A DNA stretch of 64,000 nt. Source: Bdellovibrionales bacterium (GTDB taxonomy: Bacteria; Bdellovibrionota; Bdellovibrionia; Bdellovibrionales; UBA1609). The position numbers were made by a program, and so were the translations under genes. This document shows positions 20,023 through 28,671 of the stretch, piece after piece. The stretch spans positions 160,001 to 224,000 of the forward strand of contig DAHVQG010000002.1 in the NCBI GenBank assembly GCA_027317865.1. Reading direction: 5' to 3'. How positions within the stretch are numbered: the first letter of the stretch is position 1; every line of letters starts with the position of its first letter. Below the pieces are notes generated by a model that saw only the letters and a list, made by a program, of their open reading frames with translations, was not told where the DNA came from and did no database searches.

Positions 20023-21106
20023 GGCGAGATGCGATTTCGTCCTGGATTACATTCAAAACATCCGTTGCGCCTTCGAGCATGGGCTCCAGGTAAAGTGTCT
20101 TTTCAATCTCAACTAGCGCGGCATCGAGACGGCCGGAAAAGTACAAGAATTTTGCGTACCACATTGACACCATCGCGTGATCAGGGCGATTTTGCAAAAA
20201 GCGGTCAAGATAACGAATGGCGCGCTCGACCTCCATATCCTTCATTGCCCATTCACAGAGCAAGCGTATCGCGGATTCATTGTCTGAATTGATATCGAGG
20301 GCTTTTTCTAAATTCGCCCATGCGAGTTCGACGTCCCCGTATTTTCGGTGAATCATTGCGAGCCCGACCCATGCCTTGTCGTTTCGGTCATTGATCGACA
20401 CCGCTTCGCGAAAGCGGTCCAGCGCTCGATTTGAATCTCCGCGATAAAGTTCAAGTGAACCAAAATTGGTTAAAAGAGCGTCTGAATCCGGATCGATTGT
20501 GTACGCCTTGTTGTAAGACTCTTCTGCGCCGGCTACATCACCGAGTCGTAATTGCACGTTACCCATATTTTTGAAAACGTGAAAAAGCGTTTTTTCTTCT
20601 TCGACGTTTGCAGTCAGCACTTTTAAATACATGGCCAAAGCGTCTTCATTATATTCAAGCGCATAGTATTCATCGGCCAACAGAAGACAATTTGCCGCGC
20701 TCAGGTGAGATTGAACTAATTGCTTCAATACTTGTATCGCCTCATCGTGCCGCCCTAACTGTCGAGCGCATTCGGCAACACCACGAATGGCGACTTCACT
20801 TTTGCTGTCGATCTTTAAAATTGCTCGAAATAAATCGTGCGCGAGACGATATTCGTGTTCGCGCATAAGCGCCCGCGCATTGACTATAGCTTCTGAGATA
20901 TCGGCGCCCGAGCTTCGACTTAACTCAAACCGAGAGTCATTTTTATTTTTTTGCTCTAAAATAAATTCGGCATCGAATTCGGCCAGCGCCTGCTTACGCA
21001 AATTTAGCGGCCGCGCCAAAAGCGAGGGCCGTGATAAATCTGAACTTTCGTCGACGACATCGAATGAAAAATTTTTTTGTGGTAAATCTGACTCTGGTCT
21101 AGTCAT
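19979..21106 (-). CDS. Tetratricopeptide repeat protein
   Basis: Multiple TPRs (NMGNVQLRLGDVAGAEESYNKAYTIDP and others). Confidence 0.9.
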   Translation of the reverse strand: MTRPESDLPQKNFSFDVVDESSDLSRPSLLARPLNLRKQALAEFDAEFILEQKNKNDSRFELSRSSGADISEAIVNARALMREHEYRLAHDLFRAILKIDSKSEVAIRGVAECARQLGRHDEAIQVLKQLVQSHLSAANCLLLADEYYALEYNEDALAMYLKVLTANVEEEKTLFHVFKNMGNVQLRLGDVAGAEESYNKAYTIDPDSDALLTNFGSLELYRGDSNRALDRFREAVSINDRNDKAWVGLAMIHRKYGDVELAWANLEKALDINSDNESAIRLLCEWAMKDMEVERAIRYLDRFLQNRPDHAMVSMWYAKFLYFSGRLDAALVEIEKTLYLEPMLEGATDVLNVIQDEIASRRAGNASTAQGHKNG

Positions 21107-21136
21107 CTGGCGGGCTCCTTATTTAATGAAACAAGG

Positions 21137-21152
21137 AGCAACTTAAATGCCA
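21137..21152 (-). promoter_or_regulatory. sigma54 -24/-12 promoter for the TPR/GT9 operon
   Basis: TGGCAT-TTAAG-TTGCT. Confidence 0.75.
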
Positions 21153-21248
21153 GGTCTCAACCGCTTCTAATTTCAAGAAGAGAACGACTATCAGTCGATT
21201 TATTGACTAACCATACAGACTGGCCTGTCATCATTTTGTCGCTTAATT

Positions 21249-21674
21249 TTATACTTTTTCGCTCAGCCGCGATTTGTTGTTGCCGGAGTGATACGCGCCA
21301 ATCGCTTTTTTTGCGCTGCGGACTTGAGTCAATTCCTTAATAATTTCAGATTTTGCTGTTTCGAGAACCGAAAGAATATTCAAATCCTGTTCTAATATTT
21401 GCGTAACGAGAATATTTTTATGCTCCAACGCTTCCATCACTGATTTCTTGAGTGCTAAATCAATCTTTGACTGATCGCCTTCTGTTTGATTTACCCGCTC
21501 CAACATTTCATCAAGCTTTCGGATGATGTCTAAAATCCCTTCGCGCGTTTTGTAAAATTCTTCAAGATCAGAAAAGTCATCGGCCTTGAACTTTTCGAGC
21601 GCCGACTCATTTAGCCGATAAAAATCTTCAAGATGCATATTCTTTTCTTCTAATATGTCTATTGATGAGTTCAC
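21249..21674 (-). CDS. FliT/FlgN-like flagellar chaperone
   Basis: Helical ORF directly after fliS, ending ...KKAIGAYH. GTG start with AAGGAG SD. Confidence 0.55.
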   Translation of the reverse strand: MNSSIDILEEKNMHLEDFYRLNESALEKFKADDFSDLEEFYKTREGILDIIRKLDEMLERVNQTEGDQSKIDLALKKSVMEALEHKNILVTQILEQDLNILSVLETAKSEIIKELTQVRSAKKAIGAYHSGNNKSRLSEKV

Positions 21675-21687
21675 CTTTGCTCCTTGG

Positions 21688-22086
21688 CTAAGCCGATTCA
21701 CCCATTTTTCGTTCTGTTTTTAATTTTTCGATCGCCTGCGACCATCCATTATAAAGAATTTCCAGAATTCTAAGCGCGTCTTCGAGATGTTTAACCTTGC
21801 CCGAAATATTGGCCTGCACATATTGGTCGGAAATAAACATATAAAGTTGTTCTAAATTTTTTCCGAGATCGGGGCTTATTTTATGATTAAGAGTATTGTT
21901 GAGCTCGCTAATGATGTCGTAGGCTCGACCTATGTAATACCCGCGATCAGAGATATTATTTGCTTCGCATGCTTGAATCGCTTGCTTTGTAAAGCGGATT
22001 GCCGCCTCAAACAAAAGCAGCAGGATTTTTTCACGGCTTGCCGTTTGAACAGACTGGTTTTTATATTTTTTATGTGCATCCTTCAT
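21688..22086 (-). CDS. fliS: Flagellin export chaperone
   Basis: VQTASREKILLLLFEAAIRF; IISELNNTL; NLEQLY. Confidence 0.95.
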   Translation of the reverse strand: MKDAHKKYKNQSVQTASREKILLLLFEAAIRFTKQAIQACEANNISDRGYYIGRAYDIISELNNTLNHKISPDLGKNLEQLYMFISDQYVQANISGKVKHLEDALRILEILYNGWSQAIEKLKTERKMGESA

Positions 22087-22111
22087 TTACTAAGCGTCTC
22101 CATCTCTATTT

Positions 22112-22138
22112 TTATCGGCCCCCTTGCCGACATCTTTA
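22112..22138 (-). promoter_or_regulatory. sigma28 promoter for fliS
   Basis: TAAA-N15-GCCGATAA perfect consensus; the -35 overlaps the fliD TAA stop. Confidence 0.85.
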
Positions 22139-23521
22139 TGACTGAATGCTCATGCCGCTTAAATTCGGACCTTTGAAGGTCGCCGGCGCCATGGACGCGA
22201 TCGACGATCCTTGTTGTTTCAACTGCCCCATTGTCTGTTCAAGCCGGGCGAACTTCTCACGAAGCATTTGCGCTTTCTGCGCAAGCAAACGCTGCTGTTG
22301 AGCAATGTTTTGGTCCATTTGTGTAATTTCGTCTCTCAAGGATTGTTTTTTGTCTTCAATGGGACCATACCCCATAGCCGTCAGATTCATTACTGTCTGA
22401 TGCAGCAAGGGCGCAAAGCCCGTAGTTACGCCATTACCCGCAAAGAAATCTTTTACGGCGTCAGGTGACTTGGCCAGTGCCGATTTGAATTTGTCTGCAT
22501 TCAGCTTCAAAGTTCCACCTCTGGTGAAATGAATTCCAAGTTGCCAAAGATAATTTATTGGCCCGACGCCATACTGCGGTCGTTCGATGAGGTCTGTTAA
22601 CTGGCTTTGGACTTCATTTAAAAGAAAATCGCCGCCCAACGTCTTAGAAGTGTCAGTGTACCGGTTCAAATGGTTTTGCGATTGTATGAAGCCTAGGACG
22701 TCATTCATCGACTTCACAAATGTCGTAATTTTTGCGCTGACTTTTGCGGCGTTGGCTTTAACGGTTAAATTAACCGTACGCCCCGGTGCCGCTTGAAGTA
22801 AGTTGAGCGTAACTCCGGGAATAACATCCGACACTGAGTTACTGTCGGTTTGAAATTTGAATCCATCAACTTTAATAATTCCGTTTTTTGCGGGCCGCTG
22901 TTTGTCGATGTAGATGTCACGATCGCCATCCAAAAAATAAAGCGTCGGATATCCAACCTTCTTGTCGCCACCCACGCCGTTTCCGGTAATCATTAACCTG
23001 AACGGATCTTTTGGGTTTGTATGGTCTTCGACGACGGACGCCGTAACACCAATATCGGCGTTATTAATCGCATCCGCGGCACCCTGAAGCGTATCGTTTG
23101 AACTGTTGATATAAACACTCTTTTCACCTTTGGGAGTATTAAATCGAAAATACCCAGTGCCGATTTGTGTTTTATTTTTATCCGGGAACCCGTTTGTCAA
23201 AGCGGCCGCTCGTTGAGCAAGTTGGTCCACTTCGAGACTCCAACTTCCCTTTGGCGACGTCGAGTTTGCAGTTCCAGAAATGATCTTGGGGTCTGCGCTA
23301 TCGAGTTCAATGTCATTGAATCCGGTAACTGACGCAAGGTCGCCGAGTGACCCGTCTACCTTATTCACCATATTTCCGAGATAGTTCACCAATTTTAAAC
23401 GGGTTTCGACTTTGGCTTTTTTTGCTTCCATATTTTTGATGGGAATTTTTTCCGCCTTGATGAGATCATCAACTAAATTAGGCGGTAACCCTGTGTTAAT
23501 TCCACCAAATGTAATCCGCAA
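22136..23521 (-). CDS. fliD: Flagellar filament cap
   Basis: GGINTGL..LVDDLIKAEK; SNSVSDVIPGVTLNL; LREKFARLE. Confidence 0.93.
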   Translation of the reverse strand: MRITFGGINTGLPPNLVDDLIKAEKIPIKNMEAKKAKVETRLKLVNYLGNMVNKVDGSLGDLASVTGFNDIELDSADPKIISGTANSTSPKGSWSLEVDQLAQRAAALTNGFPDKNKTQIGTGYFRFNTPKGEKSVYINSSNDTLQGAADAINNADIGVTASVVEDHTNPKDPFRLMITGNGVGGDKKVGYPTLYFLDGDRDIYIDKQRPAKNGIIKVDGFKFQTDSNSVSDVIPGVTLNLLQAAPGRTVNLTVKANAAKVSAKITTFVKSMNDVLGFIQSQNHLNRYTDTSKTLGGDFLLNEVQSQLTDLIERPQYGVGPINYLWQLGIHFTRGGTLKLNADKFKSALAKSPDAVKDFFAGNGVTTGFAPLLHQTVMNLTAMGYGPIEDKKQSLRDEITQMDQNIAQQQRLLAQKAQMLREKFARLEQTMGQLKQQGSSIASMAPATFKGPNLSGMSIQS

Positions 23522-23611
23522 AGTGCTTCTCCCCTATAACACTATTTTCAACGATTACGCGCAATTTCTGTGAGTCAATAATATGTCGTGCGACTAGTGG
23601 CGAGGCTGGTT

Positions 23612-23989
23612 TTAGATTGCTCGGTCGAAGATTTGACCGACTTGCTTGTTTTGGTCGTCAATAAGCGCTCTCATTTCCCATTCGACAATACGCCTGACAA
23701 CATGGCCCGATTCGTCTTTGATTAAAAAGACGCGTAAATCCCCGGCTGGTTCGATTTCGATTTTGAGACCATTGGCTTTTAGGCCGGTTAAGTTATCTAA
23801 GTATTCACGAGCGCGTTTCATTTCTTCTTCATTAAGCGGATTTTTGTCAGGTTCTTGGTCGTGGTCCGAACGGCCATTTGGGTCTCGGTCCTCAGAGCTT
23901 GTATCGGTCACTACGCCACGAGAATTGTGCACTCGCTGTAAATCGACCGGTGTAATGGGATTCGAAATCGTCCGTATGTTCACGCTCAT
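23612..23989 (-). CDS. flaG: FlaG-like protein
   Basis: Lies between flagellin and fliD; IKDESGHVVRRI...GQIFD. Confidence 0.65.
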   Translation of the reverse strand: MSVNIRTISNPITPVDLQRVHNSRGVVTDTSSEDRDPNGRSDHDQEPDKNPLNEEEMKRAREYLDNLTGLKANGLKIEIEPAGDLRVFLIKDESGHVVRRIVEWEMRALIDDQNKQVGQIFDRAI

Positions 23990-24045
23990 CTTATCGTCTC
24001 GGCCACTAGAACATTCCACGGACTTTTAGCAGGAATTGTGTAAAA

Positions 24046-24081
24046 AAATAAAAATACCCTGGGGCGTGGGGTTCCCCAGGG
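24046..24081 (-). terminator. Intrinsic terminator after the flagellins
   Basis: CCCTGGGG/CCCCAGGG 8-bp stem (24057-24081) followed by a U-rich tract on the minus strand. Confidence 0.85.
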
Positions 24082-24149
24082 CGGGCTAAAGAGCGACGAC
24101 TTGGCTGTTGATCCGTGGGCGACAGATCTGAACCTCGTCGCCCTACGTT

Positions 24150-24980
24150 TTATTCATTAATCAATTTCAGTGCGGCTTCATTGTTCGTATTAGCTTGAGC
24201 CAATGTAGAGATAGCCGCTTGTCGCAAAACCTCAGCAGAGGCAAGTTGCGAACTTTCGTAAGCGACATCGGCGTCTGCAATACGCGACCGCGCAGCCGAC
24301 ACATTTTCGTATTCTGTTTCAACGGAGCTGTTAACTGATTGTAAGCGGCTTTGCACAGCGCCAAAGTCAGCTCGCATTTTATTAATGCGGTTAAGAGCTT
24401 CATCCACAGATGAGAGCGTATCTCGCGCGCTATCTTTGTCTGCAACCGAAAGGCCGTCGATTCCCAGTGCCGAATTAGTTGCATCAGCAGAAACATTAGC
24501 TCGAATCTCATCATTATGACTATTATACGGTCCAACTTGAAACACCATTTGACCGGCGTCTCCGGTTAGTAGTCGTCTGTGTCCAAATCGCGTACTCATG
24601 GCGATTCGATTTGATTCTTTTGTCAATTGTTGAGCTTCAATATTTAAATATTTACGGTCGCGATCCGAAACCGTATCACTCGCAGCCTCGACAGCTAGCT
24701 CTCTTAATCTGATTAATATATTCGAAATTTGGTTGAGACCGCCTTCACCGATTTGAATCATCGATTGCGCGTTCGATGCGTTTTGTTTGGCCATCTTAAG
24801 GCTGCCGACTTGCGCGCCGAGTTCGGAACTGATCGCAAGTCCGGCCGGGTCGTCCGACGCGTGAACAATTCGGTTACCCGACGCCAATGATTCTTCGGCA
24901 TGTTGCAACCGTTTTTGGTTGGAATACAAATGCCTTTGCGCATCTATCGCTGCTATGTTTGTATTAATTCGTAAGCCCAT
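24150..24980 (-). CDS. fliC: Flagellin (276 aa, lacking large D2/D3 domains)
   Basis: MGLRINTN, LASGNRI, RLRELAV, RADFGAVQSRL, SRIADAD, LAQAN. Confidence 0.95.
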   Translation of the reverse strand: MGLRINTNIAAIDAQRHLYSNQKRLQHAEESLASGNRIVHASDDPAGLAISSELGAQVGSLKMAKQNASNAQSMIQIGEGGLNQISNILIRLRELAVEAASDTVSDRDRKYLNIEAQQLTKESNRIAMSTRFGHRRLLTGDAGQMVFQVGPYNSHNDEIRANVSADATNSALGIDGLSVADKDSARDTLSSVDEALNRINKMRADFGAVQSRLQSVNSSVETEYENVSAARSRIADADVAYESSQLASAEVLRQAAISTLAQANTNNEAALKLINE

Positions 24981-25050
24981 AAATTAGCCCTCCAACAGGT
25001 TTTATTTTTTTGTTGGAGGCAACCAACGTGCTCCAACTTATTCAGGTGAC

Positions 25051-25078
25051 TCATCGACCAAGGTCCAGTTTTACTTTA
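25051..25078 (-). promoter_or_regulatory. sigma28 promoter for flagellin 24150-24980
   Basis: TAAA-N16-GTCGATGA. Confidence 0.65.
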
Positions 25079-25172
25079 GACCTTGGTCTAGGAATAAATT
25101 GGTGCGTTGCGTCTAGTTATTGTAATTAGACTAGAATGGCAGACGAAAATTTTTTATATATGCTTTGCGTCA

Positions 25173-26003
25173 TCACTCGCCGATAAGGCTGAGCGCCGCT
25201 TTTGGGCCGGCATTGGCTTGGGCCAAAACAGCCACAGCAGCTTGATTTAATATCTGCGATTTTACGAGCTTACTTGTCGCCCGTGCGACATCGGTATCAG
25301 CAATAGTTGATCGCGCTGACTCTTCGTTTTCCTTTTGCACATCCAGGTTATCTATCGCGTAATTCAGGCGACTTTGAACGGCGCCAAATCGCGCTCGTAT
25401 ATCGGCAACTTGATTGAGCGCCTCGTCGATAGACGAAAGCGCGTCTCGCGCGTCATCTTTTTCAGAAATGTCGAGGTCATCAATGCCGACTGCAGACGCC
25501 TGCGTATTGGCATCGGAGGTAAATTGAATTTGACTATTTCCTCCTGCGTCGGGACCAACCTGAAATAAATATTTATTATTTTCACCCGTTAGAAGACGTT
25601 TTGAACCAAACCGGGTTGTTCTTGCAATTTGGCTGAATTCTTGAATCAACTGTGTAAATTCGCGATTAGCATAACTGCGGTCTTTATCTGTCATCGTGTC
25701 ACTGGCCGCCCCCACGGCAAGTTCACGAAGGCGAATTAGAATATTATTTTGCTCGTTCAATGCACCTTCGGCTGTTTGGGTAAGCGATTGCGCCATCCGC
25801 GCATTGAGACGGGCTTGATCAAGACTTTTGGTTTGTGCTAGCAGTTCGTTACTGATGGCATATTGAGCGGGATCACTATGCGCAGAATTCAGGCGAAAAC
25901 CCGAGGCCAATTCACTAAGAGCGCTCTGAATTTGTTTTTGGTGATTAGCAATGCTTCGCCGTGCGATAAGCGACGAAATATTTGTATCTATTCTTAACGG
26001 CAT
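25173..26003 (-). CDS. fliC: Flagellin (276 aa, divergent paralog)
   Basis: MPLRIDTN, LASGFRLN, RLRELAV, RARFGAVQSRL, IADTD, LAQAN. Confidence 0.93.
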   Translation of the reverse strand: MPLRIDTNISSLIARRSIANHQKQIQSALSELASGFRLNSAHSDPAQYAISNELLAQTKSLDQARLNARMAQSLTQTAEGALNEQNNILIRLRELAVGAASDTMTDKDRSYANREFTQLIQEFSQIARTTRFGSKRLLTGENNKYLFQVGPDAGGNSQIQFTSDANTQASAVGIDDLDISEKDDARDALSSIDEALNQVADIRARFGAVQSRLNYAIDNLDVQKENEESARSTIADTDVARATSKLVKSQILNQAAVAVLAQANAGPKAALSLIGE

Positions 26004-26106
26004 ACGGGCACCCTCCTACCAACGACCAAGTATTTGCCTCCCCAATTAGGCAAATTTAAGCCTAGGACCTGTGCCCACGGATTATCTCTTACGAACCTCT
26101 ACTCAT

Positions 26107-26133
26107 TTATCGGTGCGCCGCGTTATATCTTTA
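26107..26133 (-). promoter_or_regulatory. sigma28 promoter for flagellin 25173-26003
   Basis: TAAA-N15-ACCGATAA. Confidence 0.8.
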
Positions 26134-26428
26134 GACCTTTCTTGTGCCGAGCGTTAAGTGCTAGATCGCGCTGCCAAATATAGCGCGAAAGAGCCACTGA
26201 CTTTAAACTTTTATTTCGTTGATTTCTCGATTTGAGATAATCTGCAAGCCGCACCAAAGTATCGCTCAAATTTTCAGTATGTTCCTTTGTTGAGTCGAGC
26301 GGATCTTGCTCGGTGGGATCAACTTCGCCTACGTCAATTGATGCTTCGTCGAGCGATTCCAAAACATTGTCGAGATCTTCGGCCGGTGGGCCCCCCAAGA
26401 CATGTGGCTCAAGTTTAGACACACGCAC
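26123..26428 (-). CDS. Small hypothetical protein (acidic N-terminus, basic C-terminus)
   Basis: The track ATG (26449) lies inside a sigma28 -10 box. A GGAGG SD precedes GTG at 26428 or 26422. Confidence 0.55.
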   Translation of the reverse strand: MRVSKLEPHVLGGPPAEDLDNVLESLDEASIDVGEVDPTEQDPLDSTKEHTENLSDTLVRLADYLKSRNQRNKSLKSVALSRYIWQRDLALNARHKKGLKI

Positions 26429-26445
26429 ACAAACCTCCGACGGAC

Positions 26446-26472
26446 TCATCGGAAGTCTAGTGAAATATTTTA
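26446..26472 (-). promoter_or_regulatory. sigma28 promoter for the small ORF upstream of the flagellins
   Basis: TAAA-N15-TCCGATGA. Confidence 0.65.
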
Positions 26473-26485
26473 ATGCTGCGCGTTA

Positions 26486-27373
26486 TTATTTCTTGAAAAA
26501 GTCATTTAACTGTTCTGGTGTATCAATTTGATAAACCAGATTGTGTAAGTGCGTTTCAATTTGATCACGCTTAAGTGCAACGGCTTCAGCCCTTAGCCGG
26601 TTCGGAGTGTTCCGTTTTTCCCGCCAAGGTTTTGTGCTCTCTTTGTTGAACCATTCAAGTAGCAAATCAATTCCTTGATCTTGAGCCGCCGACAAGGTCA
26701 ACACGGTAGCAGGATTTCGCTTTTCGCTCGATGCAAGTTGCGATTCAATTTCGTAACGAAGCGCTTCCGCTCCGGGCCGATCGCTTTTATTGACGACTAT
26801 GGCATCCGCTATTTCGATGACGCCGGCCTTTAAAACTTGTATCGAGTCCCCCGATTCGGGGACAAGCACCACCACCACAGTGTCAGCCACATTCATTACG
26901 TCTAACTCGGTTTGACCCACTCCGACAGTTTCGATGATCGCAACATCAAACTGACAAGCGTCGAATACGCGCGCCATTAGATAGGCCTGCGCGGCTAACC
27001 CTCCGAGACTTCCTCTTGTTCCTAGAGAGCGTACAAAAATATTTTGATCATTCAGTAGTTGTGTGTACCGAATGCGGTCGCCCAAAACGGCTCCGTGAGA
27101 TATCGGGCTTGTTGGGTCAATTGCCAACACTCCAACGCGCTTGTTCTCTATTTTAAACCGCTCAAGAAGACGGCCAATAAGAGTTGATTTACCGGCGCCA
27201 GGCGGGCCGGTAATACCGATTCGAAAGGCCATATTTTTTGGCTCGCGCAGTTCAGGAATTTCAAATATTTTTGCCCCCGCCCGCTCGACGGCCGACAACA
27301 ATTTTGCAACGGCAACAAAATTAGTACCCGAATTTGTAGCAGCTAACAGTTGGCGTAGATCGTCACTCACCAC
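26486..27373 (-). CDS. meaB: MeaB/ArgK family G3E GTPase
   Basis: IGITGPPGAGKST, AIDPTSP..GAVLGDRIR, ETVGVGQ, NKSD. Confidence 0.88.
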   Translation of the reverse strand: MVSDDLRQLLAATNSGTNFVAVAKLLSAVERAGAKIFEIPELREPKNMAFRIGITGPPGAGKSTLIGRLLERFKIENKRVGVLAIDPTSPISHGAVLGDRIRYTQLLNDQNIFVRSLGTRGSLGGLAAQAYLMARVFDACQFDVAIIETVGVGQTELDVMNVADTVVVVLVPESGDSIQVLKAGVIEIADAIVVNKSDRPGAEALRYEIESQLASSEKRNPATVLTLSAAQDQGIDLLLEWFNKESTKPWREKRNTPNRLRAEAVALKRDQIETHLHNLVYQIDTPEQLNDFFKK

Positions 27374-27499
27374 TTTTCTCCACAGTATGCTTCAACCTGT
27401 TGAAAATCTTAGGTTTTTTAAAGTGTGTTGTCCAACTGTCTCAATTTTAACCACCCACCATTTTTGCCCTTCGGTTAGGGGCAAGAACAACGTCAATGA

Positions 27500-27541
27500 T
27501 TTCAATTAGTTAGCGATCCTGGCTTCGGCATGCTTTCTGCG
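27500..27541 (+). promoter_or_regulatory. sigma54 promoter with upstream IHF-like site
   Basis: CGGCAT-GCTTT-CTGCG (27526-27541). TTTCAATTAGTTA (27500-27512) resembles WATCAANNNNTTR. Confidence 0.5.
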
Positions 27542-27564
27542 TAGTAAGTCGCATAGGAGGACTG

Positions 27565-28662
27565 ATGGAACAGTCTCAAAACAGAACTATGCTCATTGTT
27601 CTAATTTTGGCATTGGGACTTTTTTTTGAAGTTCTCAATGGGATACGCCGTTCTGAATCGGCAAACTCCAAAAGAGAATACGCGATCGGCGATGCGACCT
27701 TTTCGCCGTATCACGTGACGTCTCACCAAATGTTAGCGGACTCGCTCGCGGCGCGTGCGCGCCATCTAATCGGTATGCGCCTCCAAGGGTTGCCAACAAA
27801 ATTTAATTTTCAAAAATTACCAAAAAATGATGTTTCTCTTAAAAAAGCTTCTGGAAAAATTATCGCAAAGAAAAAAGTAACAAAATTAAAAAAGAAAAAG
27901 ACGGCAGCACGCGGTAAGAAGCCAGAAATAGAACCTCAATATTTAAACTCGCAGTTTGCCAATCATTTATTTAAGCCTTTAAAGAATACTTCGCCCCAAC
28001 CAACAGTGGGAATCATTACGGCGGCACCAAAACCTAAACTTAACCCCGGTGCGACGGGTACCACCAACAATCAAACAACTTACCAGGAATGGGTCCACCT
28101 TCTTTTGCCATCCACGAGTCAAGCGGTCGTTGCAAAATTCGTTCAATATTATCAGCGGGGTTTAGTAACCCCGAAAGTGTTTTACCAATTGCTTTCAGAA
28201 ATGGATTCCGAGCCGTCTAGCAATGAACAGTTATTAGCGATATACGCCGCAAACGCCGCCCCCAGTTCCGAGAGTTTTTTATTCTTGGTGAACGCTTTGA
28301 AAGCCGCTGGCAACAACACGTCAGTCATCTCGACCGGCTATCAATACATTGACAGCTATCAGTCATTATCTCTTGTGCCCATACTCAAGCAGGTTTTTGC
28401 GCAGTCTATAGAAGACGAGACGGTCGTTCAAATTGCCGCAAGCGTTCTCAACATGTCGACTTCCACGTACTTAGGAGTACGCACCCCGTCTTCGGCCGCT
28501 TCGACAGTCAGCTCAACAGACGTCGTTCGCGCTTACGCAGGATTTGTTCCCGTCATTGAGACCGTTATCAACGTTTATTCAAAAAACTCCGCTCTTGTCG
28601 GCGAACTGCAAAAGTCGTTGAATCTTATTAAGAACGTTGAACCATCCTCGGCGGCTAGTTAA
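27565..28662 (+). CDS. Hypothetical single-TM protein with Lys-rich linker and helical repeat domain
   Basis: AGGAGG SD; N-terminal TM; KKKVTKLKKKK tract. Confidence 0.75.
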   Translation: MEQSQNRTMLIVLILALGLFFEVLNGIRRSESANSKREYAIGDATFSPYHVTSHQMLADSLAARARHLIGMRLQGLPTKFNFQKLPKNDVSLKKASGKIIAKKKVTKLKKKKTAARGKKPEIEPQYLNSQFANHLFKPLKNTSPQPTVGIITAAPKPKLNPGATGTTNNQTTYQEWVHLLLPSTSQAVVAKFVQYYQRGLVTPKVFYQLLSEMDSEPSSNEQLLAIYAANAAPSSESFLFLVNALKAAGNNTSVISTGYQYIDSYQSLSLVPILKQVFAQSIEDETVVQIAASVLNMSTSTYLGVRTPSSAASTVSSTDVVRAYAGFVPVIETVINVYSKNSALVGELQKSLNLIKNVEPSSAAS

Positions 28663-28671
28663 TCTAAGAAA

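Noticed and set aside
26486-27373. meaB without a mutase as a novel system
   Set aside because: MeaB is often unlinked from its mutase, and nothing else nearby supports a new role.
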